This document shows positions 10,301 through 22,300 of a DNA stretch of 64,000 nt, one piece after another (within the stretch, counting starts at the first letter, position 1; each line of letters begins with the position of its first letter). The stretch covers positions 11,904,001-11,968,000 of the forward strand of contig NC_086108.1 of NCBI RefSeq assembly GCF_963921235.1, given 5' to 3'. The stretch comes from Mobula hypostoma (Eukaryota). The translations under genes and the position numbers were made by a program. The notes under the pieces are model-generated. The model had not been told where the DNA came from and made no database searches. It worked only from the letters and a program-made list of their open reading frames with translations.

Positions 10301-13300
10301 GTGTGTTGGAGAAGGAGGAGATGGTCAGTGTGTTGGAGAAGGAGGAGATGGTCAGTGTGTTGGAGAAGGAGGAGATGGTCAGTGTGTTGGAGAAGGAGGA
10401 GATGGTCAGTGTGTTGGAGAAGGAGGAGATGGTCAGTGTGTTGGAGAAGGAGGAGATGGTCAGTGTGTTGGAGAAGGAGGAGATGGTCAGTGTCTTGGAA
10501 AAGGAGGAGCTGGTCGGTGTTTTGGAGAATGCGGAGATGGTCAGTGTGTTGGGTAAGGTTGAGATGGTCAGTGTGTTGGAGAAGGAACAGATGGTCAGTG
10601 TGTTGGTGAAGGAGGTGATGGTCAGTGTGTTGGAGAAGGAGGAGATGGTCGGTTTGTTGGAGAAGGAGGAGATGGTCAGTGTACTAGAGAAGGAGGAGAT
10701 GGTCAGTTTTTTGGAGATGGAGGAGATGGTCAGTGTGTTGGAGAAGGAGGAGATTACCAGTGTGTTGAGGAAGGAGGAGGTGGTCAGTTTGTTGGAGAAT
10801 AATAAGCCAGCCGGTATGGACGGTATGTAGGGGAAGGAGGAGATGGCCTGTCGGTGTGTTGGAGAAGGACGACATGTTCAGTGTGTTAGAGAAGAAGGAG
10901 ATGGTCATTGTGTTGGAAATGCAGGAGATGGTCAGTGTGTTGAAGAGGAAGAGGTGGTCAGTGTGTTGGAGAAGGAGGAGATGGACAGTGTGTTGGAGAA
11001 GGAGGAGATGGGCGAGTGTTGGAGAAGAAACAGATGGTCAGTGTGTTGGTGAAGGAGGTGATGGTCAGTGTGTTGGAGAAGGAGGAGATGGTCGGTTTGT
11101 TGGAGAAGGAGGAGATGGTCAGTGTACTAGAGAAGGAGGAGATGGTCAGTCTTTTGGAGATGGAGGAGATGGTCAGTGTGTTGGAGAAGGAGGAGATTAC
11201 CAGTGTGTGGAGGAAGGAGGAGGTGGTCAGTTTGTTGGAGAATAATAAGCCAGCCGGTATGGACGGTATGTAGGGGAAGGAGGAGATGGCCTGTCGGTGT
11301 GTTGGAGAAGGACGACATGTTCAGTGTGTTAGAGAAGATGGAGATGGTCATTGTGTTGGAAATGCAGGAGATGGTCAGTGTGTTGAAGAGGAAGAGGTGG
11401 TCAGTGTGTTGGAGAAGGAGGAGATGGACAGTGTGTTGGTGAAGGAGGAGATGGGCGAGTGTTGGAGAAGGAAGAGATGGTCAGTGTGTTGGAGAAGGAG
11501 GAGATGGTCAGTGTGTTGGAGAAGGAGGAGATGGTCAGTGTGTTGGAGAAGGAGGAGATGGTCAGTGTGTTGGAGAAGGAGGAGATGGTCAGTGTGTTGG
11601 AGAGGGAGGAGATGGTCAGTGTGTTGGAGAAGGAGGAGATGGTCAGTGTGTTGGAGAGGGAGGAGATGGTCAGTGTGTTGGAGAAGGTGGAGATGGTCAG
11701 TGTGTTGGAGAAGGAGGAGATGGTCAGTGTGTTGGAGAGGGTGGAGATGGTCAGAGTGATGGAGAAAGAGATGGTCAGTCTGTTGGAAGAGGGAGAAGAT
11801 GGTCGGTCTGTTGGAGAAGGAGGAGATGGTCAGTGTGTTGGAGAAGGAGGAGATGGTCAGTGTGTTGGAGAAGGAGGAGATGGTCAGTGTGTTGGAGAAG
11901 GAGGAGATGGTCAGTGTGTTGTAGAAGGAGGAGATGGTCGGTCTGTTGGAGAAGGAGGAGATGGTCAGTGTGTTGGAGAAGGAGGAGATGGTCAGTGTGT
12001 TGGAGAAGGAGGAGATGGTCAGTGTGTTGGAGAAGGAGGAGATGGTCAGTGTGTTGGAGAAGGAGGAGATGGTCAGTGTGTTGGAGAAGGAGGAGATGGT
12101 CAGTGTGTTGGAGAAGGAGGAGATGGTCAGTGTGATGGAGAAAGAGGACATGGTCAGTGTCTTGGAAAAGGAGGAGTCGGTTGGTGTGTTGGAGACAGAG
12201 GAGCCGGTCAATGTACTGGAGAAAAGGTGATAGTCAGTGTGTTGGAGAAGGGGGAGATGGTCAGTGTCTTGGAGAAGGAGGAGCCGGTCGGTGTGTTGGA
12301 GACAGTGGAGACGGTCAGTGTGTTGGAGAAGGAGGAGATGGTCAGTGTGTTGGAGAAGGAGGAGATGGTCAGTGTGTTGGAGAAGGAGGAGATGGTCAGT
12401 GTGTTGGAGAAGGAGGAGATGGTCAGTGTTTTGGAGAAGGAGGAGATGGTCAGTGTGTTGGAGAGGGAGCAGATGGTCAGTGTATTGGAGAAAAGGTGAT
12501 GGTTGTGAAGTTGGAGCAAGGGGAGATGGTCACTGTATTGGAGAAGGAGGAGATGTTCTGTGTGTTGGAGATGGAGGAGACTTGCAGTGTGTCTGAGAAG
12601 GAGGAGATCATCAGTGTTTTGGAGAGGGAAGAGATGGTCAATGTTTTGGAGAAGGTGGAGATGGTCAGTGTGTTGGAGAAGGAGGAGATGGTCAGTGTGT
12701 TGGAGAAGGAGGAGATGGTCAGTGTGTTGGAGAGGGAGGAGATGGTCAGTGTGTTGGAGAAGGAGGAGATGGTCAGTGTGTTGGAGAAGGAGGAGATGGT
12801 CAGTCTGTTGGAGAAGGAGGAGATGGTCAGTGTGTTGGAGAGGGAGGAGATGGTCAGTGTGTTGGAGAAGGAGGAGATGGTCAGTGTGTTGGAGAAGGAG
12901 GAGATGGTCAGTGTGTTGGAGAGGGAGGAGATGGTCAGTGTGTTGGAGAAGGAGGAGATGGTCAGTGTGTTGGAGAAGGAGGAGATGGTCAGTGTGTTGG
13001 AGAAGGAGGAGATGGTCAGTGTGTTGGAGAGGGAGGAGATGGTCAGTGTGTTGGAGAAGGAGGAGATGGTCAGTGTGTTGGAGAAGGAGGAGATGGTCAG
13101 TGTGTTGGAGAGGGAGGAGATGGTCAGTGTGTTGGAGAAGGAGGAGATGGTCAGTGTGTTTTAGAAGGAGGAGATGGTCAGTGTGTTGGAGAAGGAGGAG
13201 ATGGTCAGTGTGTTGGAGAAGGAGGAGATGGTCAGTGTGTTGTGGAAGAAGAAGATGGTCGGTCTGTTGGAGAAGGAGGAGATGTTCAGTGTGTTGGAGA

Positions 13301-16300
13301 AGGAGGAGATGGTCAGTGTGTTGGAGAAGGAGGAGATGGTCAGTGTGTTGGAGAAGGAGGAGATGGTCAGTGTGTTGGAGAAGGAGGAGATGGTCGGTGT
13401 GTTGGAGAAGGAGGAGATGGTCTGTGTGTTGGAGAAGGAGGAGATGGTCAGTGTCTTGGAGAAGGAGGAGTCGGTTGTTGTGTTGGAGACAGAGGAGCCG
13501 GTCAATGTATTGGAGAATAAGGTGATGGTCAGTGTGTTGGAGAAGGAGGAGATGGTCAGTGTGTTGGAGAAGGAGGAGATGGTCAGTGTGTTGGAGACAG
13601 AGGAGATGGTCAGTGTTTTGGAGAAGGAGGAGATGGTCAGTGTGTTGGAGAAGGAGGAGATGGTCAGTGTGTTGGAGAAGGAGGAGATGGTCAGTGTGTT
13701 GGAGATGGAGGAGACAGTCAGTGTGTTGGAGAAGGAGGAGATGGTCAGTGTGTTGGAGAGGGAGCAGATGGTCAGTGTATTGGAGAAAAGGTGATGGTTG
13801 TGAAGTTGGAGAAAGGGGAGACGATCACTGTCTTGGAGAAGGAGGAGATCGTCAGTGTTTTGGAGAGGGAGGAGATGGTCAATGTTTTGGAGAAGGTGGA
13901 GATGGTAAGTGTGTTGGAGAAAGAGGAGATGGTCAGTGTGTTCGACAGGGTGGAGATGGTCAGTGTATTGGAGAAGGAGGAGATGGTCAGTATGGTGGAG
14001 AAGAAGGAGTTGGTCAGTTACTTATAAAAGGAAGAGCCAGTCGGTGTGTTGGAGAGGAAGGAGCCGGTCAGTGCATTGAAGAAGAAGGAGATGGTCAGTT
14101 TGTTGGAGAAGGAGGTGGTGGTCCGTGTGTTGGAGAAGGATGAGATTGTCAGTGTGTTGGAGAAGGAAGAGATGGTCAGTGTGTTGGAGAAGGAGGAGAT
14201 GGTCAGTGTGTTGGAGAAGGAGGAGATGGTCAGTGTGTTGGAGAAGGAGGAGATGGTCAGTGTGTTGGAGAAGGAGGAGATGGTCAGTGTGTTGGAGAAG
14301 GAGGAGATGGTCAGTGTCTTGGAAAAGGAGGAGCTGGTCGGTGTTTTGGAGAATGCGGAGATGGTCAGTGTTTTGGGTAAGGTTAAGATGGTCAGTGTGT
14401 TGGAGAAGGAGGAGATGGTCAGTGTGTTGGAGAAGGAGGAGATGGTCAGTGTGTTGGAGAAGGAGGAGATGGTCAGTGTGTTGGAGAGGGAGGAGATGGT
14501 CAGTGTGTTGGAGAAGGAGGAGATGGTCAGACTGTTGGAGAAGGAGGAGATGGTCAGTGTGTTGAGGAAGGAGGAGGTGGTCAGTTTGTTGGAGAATAAT
14601 AAGCCAGCCGGTATGGACGGTATGTAGGGGAAGGAGGAGATGGTCGGTGTGTTGGAGAAGGAGGAGATGGTCAGTGTGTTGGAGAAGGAGGAGATGGTCA
14701 GTGTGTTGGAGAAGGAGGAGATGGTCAGTGTGTTGAAAAGGAAGAGGTGGTCAGTGTGTTGGAGAAGGAGGACATGGACATTGTGTTGGAGAAGGAGGAG
14801 ATGGGCGAGTGTTGGAGAAGGAAGAGATGGTAAGTGTGTTGGAGAAGGAGGAGATGGTCAGTGTGTTGGAGAAGGAGGAGATGGTCAGTGTGTTGGAGAG
14901 GGAGGAGATGGTCAGTGTGTTGGAGAAGGAGGAGATGGTCAATGTGTTGGAGAGGGAGGAGATCGTCAGTGTGTTGGAGAAGGAGGAGATGGTCAGTATG
15001 TTGGAGAAGGAGGAGATGGTCAGTGTGTTGGAGAGGGAGGAGATGGTCAGTGTGTTGGAGAAGGAGGAGATGGTCAGTGTGTTGGAGAAGGAGGAGATGG
15101 TCAGTGTGTTGGAGAAGGAGGAGATGGTCAGTGTGTTGGAGAGGGAGGAGATGGTCAGTGTGTTGGAGAAGGAGGAGATGGTCAGTGTGTTGGAGAGGGA
15201 GGAGATGGTCAGTGTGTTGGAGAAGGAGGAGATGGTCAGTGTGTTGGAGAAGGAGGAGATGGTCAGTGTGTTGGAGAGGGAGGAGATGGTCAGTGTGTTG
15301 GAGAAGGAGGAGATGGTCAGTGTGTTGGAGAAGGAGGAGATGGTCAGTGTGTTGGAGAAGGAGGAGATGGTCAGTGTGTTGGAGAAGGAGGAGATGGTCA
15401 GTGTGTTGGAGAAGGAGGAGATGGTCGGTCTGTTGGAGAAGGAGGAGATGGTCAGTGTGTTGGAGAAGGAGGAGATGGTCAGTGTGTTGGAGAAGGAGGA
15501 GATGGTCAGTGTGTTGGAGAAGGAGGAGGCTGGTCAGTGTGTTGAAGAATGAGGAGATGGTCGGTCTGTTGGCAAAGGACGAGATTGTCGGTCTGTTGGA
15601 CAAGGAGGAGATGGTCAGTGTGATGGAGAAGGAGGAGATGGTCAGTGTGTTGTAGAAGGAGAAGATTGTCGGTCTGTTGGTGAAGGAGGAGATTGTTCGT
15701 CTGTTGGAGAAGGAGGAGATGCTCAGTACATTGGAGAAGGAGGAGATGGTCACTGAGTTGGAGAAGGAGGAGATGGTCAGTGTGTTGGAGAAGGAGGAGA
15801 TGGTCAGTGTGTTGGAGAAGGAGGAGATGGTCAGTATGTTGGAGAAGGAGGAGATGGTCAGTGTCTTGGAAAAGGAGGAGTCGGTTGTTGTGTTGGAGAC
15901 AGAGGAGCCGGTCAGAGTTTTGGAGAGGAAGGAGATGGTCAGTGTGTTGGAGAAGGAGGAGATGGTCAGTGTGTTGGAGAAGGAGGAGATGGTCGGTGTG
16001 TTGGAGAAGGAGGAGATGGTCAGTGTTTTGGAGAAGGAGGAGATGGTCAGTGTGTTGGAGAAGGAGGAGATGGTCAGTGTGTTGGAGAAGGAGGAGATGG
16101 TCAGTGTGTTGGAGAAGGAGGAGATGGTCAGTGTGTTGGAGAAGGAGGAGATGGTCAGTGTGTTGGAGAAGGAGGAGATGGTCAGTGTGTTGGAGAGGGA
16201 GCAGATGGTCAGTGTATTGGAGAAAAGGTGATGGTTGTGAAGTTGGAGAAAGGGGAGACGATCACTGTCTTGGAGAAGGAGGAGATGGTCAGTGTGTTGG

Positions 16301-19300
16301 AGACAGAGGAGTCTCGCAGTGTGTCCGAGAAGGAGGAGATCGTCAGTGTTTTGGAGAGGGAGGAGATGGTCAATGTTTTGGAGAAGGTGGAGATGGTAAG
16401 TGTGTTGGAGAAAGAGGAGATGGTCAGTGTGTTGGAGAAGGAGGAGATGGTCAGTGTGTTGGAGAAGGAGGAGATGGTCAGTATGTTGGAGAAGGAGGAG
16501 ATGGTCAGTGTCTTGGAAAAGGAAGAGCCAGTCAGTGTGTTGGAGAGGGAGGAGCCAGTCAGTGCATTGAAGAAGAAGGAGATGGTCAGTGTGTTGGAGA
16601 AGGAGGTGGTGGTCCGTGTGTTGGAGAAGGATGAGATGGTCAGTGTGTTGGAGAAGGAAGAGATGGTCAGTGTGTTGGAGAAGGAAGAGGTGGTCAGTGT
16701 GTTGGAGAAGGAGGAGATGGTCAGTGTGTTGGAGAAGGAGGAGATGGTCAGTGTGTTGGAGAAGGAGGAGATGGTCAGTGTGTTGGAGAAGGAGGAGATG
16801 GTCAGTGTCTTGGAAAAGGAGGAGCTGGTCGGTGTTTTGGAGAATGCGGAGATGGTCAGTGTGTTGGGTAAGGTTGAGATGGTCAGTGTGTTGGAGAAGG
16901 AGGTGATGGTCAGTGTGTTGGAGAAGGAGGAGATGGTCAGTGTGTTGGAGAGGGAGGAGATGGTCAGTCTTTTGGAGATGGAGGAGATGGTCAGTGTGTT
17001 GGAGAAGGAGGAGATTACCAGTGTGTTGAGGAAGGAGGAGGTGGTCAGTTTGTTGGAGAATAATAAGCCAGCCGGTATGGACGGTATGTAGGGGAAGGAG
17101 GAGATGGCCTGTCGGTGTGTTGGAGAAGGACGACATGTTCAGTGTGTTAGAGAAGAAGGAGATGGTCATTGTGTTGGAGATGCAGGAGATGGTCAGTGTG
17201 TTGAGAAGGAGGAGATGGTCAGTGTGTTGGAGAAGGAGGAGATGGTCAGTGTGTTGGAGAAGGAGGAGATGGTCAGTGTGTTGGAGAAGGAAGAGATGGT
17301 CAGTGTGTTGGAGAAGGAGGAGATGGTCAGTGTGTTGGAGAAGGAGGAGATGGTCAGTGTGTTGGAGAGGGTGGAGATGGTCAGTGTGTTGGAGAAAAGG
17401 TGATGGTTGTGTGTTGGAGAAGGAGGAGATGGTCAGTGTGTTGGAGAAGGAGGAGGTGGTCAGTGTGTTGGAGAAGGAGGAGATGGACAGTGTGTTGGAG
17501 AAGGAGGAGATGGGCGAGTGTTGGAGAAGGAGGAGATGGTCAGTGTGTTGGAGAAGGAGGAGATGGTCAGTGTGTTGGAGAAGGAGGAGATGGGCGAGTG
17601 TTGGAGAAGGAAGAGATGGTAAGTGTGTTGGAGACAGAGGAGCTGGTCAATGTATTGGAGATAAGGTGATGGTCAGTGTGTTGGAGAAGGGGGAGATGGT
17701 CAGTGTCTTGGAGAAGGAGGAGCCGGTCGGTGTGTTGGAGACAGTGGAGGCGGTCATTGTTTTAGAGAATAAGGAGATGGTCAGTGTGTTGTAGAAGGAG
17801 GAGATGGTCAGTGTCTTGGAGAAGGAGGAGATGGTCAGTGTGTTGGAGAAGGAGGAGATGGTCAGTGTGTTGGAGAAGGAGGAGATGGTCAGTGTGTTGG
17901 AGAAGGAGGAGATGGTCAGTGTGTTGGAGAGGGAGCAGATGGTCAGTGTATTGGAGAAAAGGTGATGGTTGTGAAGTTGGAGAAAGGGGAGACGATCACT
18001 GTGTTGCAGAAGGAGGAGATGGTCAGTGTGTTGGAGAAGGAGGAGATGGTCAGTGTGTTGGAGAAGGAGGAGATGGTCAGTGTTTTGGAGAAGGAGGAGA
18101 TGGTCAGTGTGTTGGAGAGGGAGGAGATGGTCAGTGTGTTGGAGAAGGAGGAGATGGTCAGTGTGTTGGAGAAGGAGGAGATGGTCAGTGTGTTGGAGAA
18201 GGAGGAGATGGTCAGTGTGTTGGAGAAGGAGGAGATGGTCAGGGTGTTGGAGAAGAAGGAGATGGTCAGTGTCTTGGAGAAGTAGGAGATGTTCAGTGTG
18301 TTGGAAAAGGAAGAGCCAGTCGGTGTGTTGGAGAGGGAGGAGCCGGTCAGTGCATTGAAGAAGAAGGAGATGGTCAGTGAGTTGGAGAAGGAGGTGGTGG
18401 TCCGTGTGTTGGAGAAGGATGAGATTGTCAGTGTGTTGGAGAAGGAGCCACCGGTCAGTTTGTTGGAGAATGGTAAGCCAGCTGATATGTTGCAGCAGGA
18501 GGATATGGCCAGTCGGTGTGCTGGAGAAGGAGGAGATGGTCGGTGTGTTGCAGAAGAAAGAGGTGGTCAGTGTGTTACAGAAGGAGGAGATGGTCAGTGT
18601 ATTGGAGAAGGAGGAGATGGTCAGTGTGTTGGAGAAGGAGGAGATGGTCAGTGTGTTGGAGAAGGAGGAGATGGTCAGTGTGTTGGAGAAGGAGGAGATG
18701 GTCAGTGTATTGGAGAAGGAGGAGATGGTCACTGTGTTGGAGAAGGAGGAGATGGTCAGTGTGTTGGAGAAGGAGGAGATGGTCAGTGTGTTGGAGAGGG
18801 AGGAGATGGTCAGTGTGTTGGAGAAGGAGGAGATGGTCAGTGTGTTGGAGAAGGAGGAGATGGTCAGTGTGTTGGAGAAGGAGGAGATGGTCAGTGTGTT
18901 GGAGAAGGAGGAGATGGTCAGTGTGTTGGAGAAGGAGGAGATGGTCAGTGTGTTGGAGAAGGAGGAGATGGTCAGTGTGTTGGAGAAGGAGGAGATGGTC
19001 AGTGTGTTGGAGAGGGAGGAGATGGTCAGTGTGTTGGAGAAGGAGGAGATGGTCAGTGTGTTGGAGAAGGAGGAGATGGTCAGTGTGTTGGAGAAGGAGG
19101 AGCCGTCAGTCTTTTGGAGAGGGAGGAGATGGTCAGTGTGTTGGAGAAGGAGGAGATGGTCAATGTTTTGGAGAAGGAGGAGATGGTCAGTGTGTTGGAT
19201 AAAGAGGAGATGGTCAGAACGTTGGAGAGGGAGGAGATGGTCAGTGTGTTGGAGAAGAAGGAGATGGTCAGTGTGTTGGAGAAGGAGGAGATGGTCAGTA

Positions 19301-22300
19301 TGGTGGAGAAGGAGGAGATGGTCAGTGTTGGAAAAGGAAGAGCCGGTCGGTGTGTTGGAGAGGGAGGAGCTGGTCAGTGCTTTGAAGAATAAGGAGATGG
19401 TCAGTGTGTTGCAGAAGGAGGTGGTGATCCGTGTGTTGGGGAAGGATGAGATTGTCAGTGTGTTGGAGAAGGAACCACCGGTCAGTTTGTTGGAGAATGA
19501 TAAGCCAGCCGATATGTTGCGGCAGGAGGAGATGGCCAGTCGGTGTGTTGGAGAAGGAGGAGATGGTCGGTGTGTTGGAGAAGGAGTAGATGGTCAGTGT
19601 ATTGGAGAAGGAGGAGATGGTCCGTGTGTTGGAGAAGGAGGAGATGGTCAGTGTGTTGGAGAGGGAGGAGATGGTCAGTGTGTTGGAGAAGGAGGAGATG
19701 GTCAGTGTGTTGGAGAAGGAGGAGATGGTCAGTGTGTTGGAGAAGGAGGAGATGGTCAGTGTGTTGGAGAAGGAGGAGATGGTCAGTGTGTTGGAGAAGG
19801 AGGAGATGGTCAGTGTGTTGGAGAGGTAGGAGATGGTCAGTGTGTTGGAGAGGGAGGAGATGGTCAGTGTTTTGGAGAAGGAGGGGATGGTCAGTGTGTT
19901 GTAGAAGGAGGAGATGATTTGTCTGTTGGAGAGAGAGGGGATTGTCACTGTGTTGGAGAGGGAAGAGATAGTCAGAGTGTTAGAGACGGTGGAGATGGTC
20001 ATTGTGTTGGAAAAGGAGGAGATGGTCAGTGTCTTGGAGAAGGAGGAGCCGGTCGGTGTGTTGGAGACAGTGGTGACGGTCATTGTTTTGGAGAATAAGG
20101 AGATATTCGGTGTGTTGGAGAAGGAGGAGATGGTCAGTGTGTTGGAGAAGGAGAAGATGGTCAGTGTGCTGGAGAAGGAGGAGATGGTCAGTGTGTTGTA
20201 GAAGGAGGAGATGGTCCGACACTTGGAGAAGGAGGAGATGGTCGGTCTGTTGGAGAAGGAGGAGATAGTCAGTGTGTTGGAGAGGGAGGAGATGGTCAGT
20301 GTGTTGGAGAAGGAGGAGATGGTCAGTGTGTTGGAGAGGGAGGAGATGGTCAGTGTGTTGGAGAAGGAGGAGAAGGTCAGAGTGATGGAGAAGGATGAGA
20401 TGGTCAGTGTGTTGGAGAGGTAGGAGATGGTCGGTCTGTTGGAGAAGGAGGGGTGGTCGGTGCTTCGGGGAAGGTGTGCCGGTCAGTTTGTTGCAGAATG
20501 GTAAGACAGCCGGTATGTTGGGGCAGGAGGAGATGGCTGGTCTGTGTATTAGAGAAGCGGGAAATGGTCGGTGTGTTGGAGAAGGTGGAAATGGTCAGGG
20601 TGTGGGAGGAAGAGGAGATGGTCAGTACGTTGGAGAAGGAGGATATGGTCAGTGTCTTGGAAAAGGAGGAGCCGGTCGGTGTGTTGGAGATGGTGGAGCC
20701 ATTCATTGTTGTGAAGAAGAAGGAGATGGTCAGTGTGTTGGAGAAGGAGGAGATGGTCAGTGTCTTGGAAAAGGAGGAGTCAGTCAGTGTGTTAGAGACA
20801 GAGGAGCCGGTCAGTGTTTTGGAGAAGGAGGAGATGGTTGGTGTTTTGGGGATAGAGGAGCCGGTCAGTTTGGTGCAGAATGGTATGCCAACCGGTATGT
20901 TGGGGCAGGAGGAAATGGCCTGTCTGTGTCTTGGAGAAGCAGGAGATGGTCGGTGTGCTGGAGAAGGAGGCGATGGTCAGGGTGTTGGAGAAGGAGGAGA
21001 TGGTCAGTGTGTTGGAGAAGGAGGAGATGGTCAGTGTGTTGGAGATGGAGGAGATGGTCAGTGTGTTGGAGAAGGAGGAGATGGTAAGTGTGTTGGAGAA
21101 GGAGGAGATGGTCAGTGTGTTGGAGAAGGAGGAGATGGTCAGTGTGTTGGAGAAGGAGGAGATGGTCAGTGTGTTGGAGAAGGAGGAGATGGTCAGTGTG
21201 TTGGAGAAGGAGGAGATGGTCAGTGTCTTGGAAAAGGAGGAGCCAGTCGGTGTGTTGGAGACGGAGGAGATGGTCAGTGTGTTGGAGAAGGAGGAGATGG
21301 TCAGTGTGCTGGAGAAAGAGGTGGTGGTCCGTGTGTTGGAGAAGGAGCAGATTGTCAGTCTGTTGGAGAAGGAGCCGCCGGTCAGTTTGTTGGAGAATGA
21401 TAAACCAGCCAATATGTTGCGGCAGGAGGAAATGGCCAGTCGGTGTCTTGGAGAAGGAGGAGATGGTCAGTGTGTTAGAGAAGGAGGAGATGGTCAGTGT
21501 GTTAGAGAAGGAGGAGATGGTCAGTGTATTGGAGAAGGAGGAGATGGTCAGTGTGTTGGAGAAGGAGGAGATGGTCAGTGTGTTAGAGAAGGAGGAGATG
21601 GTCAGTGTATTGGAGAATGAGGAGATGGTCAGTCTCTTGGAAAAAGAGATGGTTAGTGTATTGGAGAAGGAGGAGATGGTCAGTGTGTTAGAGAAGGAGG
21701 AGATGGTCAGTGTGTTAGAGAAGGAGGAGATGGTCAGTGTATTGGAGAAGGAGGAGATGGTCAGTGTGTTGGAGAAGGAGGAGATGGTCAGTGTGTTAGA
21801 GAAGGAGGAGATGGTCAGTGTATTGGAGAATGAGGAGATGGTCAGTCTCTTGGAAAAAGAGATGGTTAGTGTATTGGAGAAGGAGGAGATGGTCAGTGTG
21901 TTAGAGAAGGAGGAGATGGTCAGTGTATTGGAGAACGAGGAGATGGTCAGTGTCTTGGAGAAAAGGAGATGGTCAGTGTATTGGAGAAGGAGGAGATGGT
22001 CAGTGTGTTGGAGAAGGAGGAGATGGTCAGTGTGTTGGAGAGGTAGGAGATGGTCGGTCTGTTGGAGAAGGAGGAGATGGTCAGTGTGATGGGGAGGGAA
22101 GAGATGGTCAGTGTGTTGGAGAAGGAGGAGATGGTCAGTGTGTTGGAGAAGGAGGAGATGGTCAGTGTGTTGGAGAAGGAGGAGATGGTCACTGTGTTGG
22201 AGAAGGAGGAGATGGTCAGTATGTTGGAGAAAGAGGAGATGGTAACTGTCTTGGAAATGGAAGTGCCAGTCGCTGTGCTGCAGACGGCGGAGCCGGTCAG

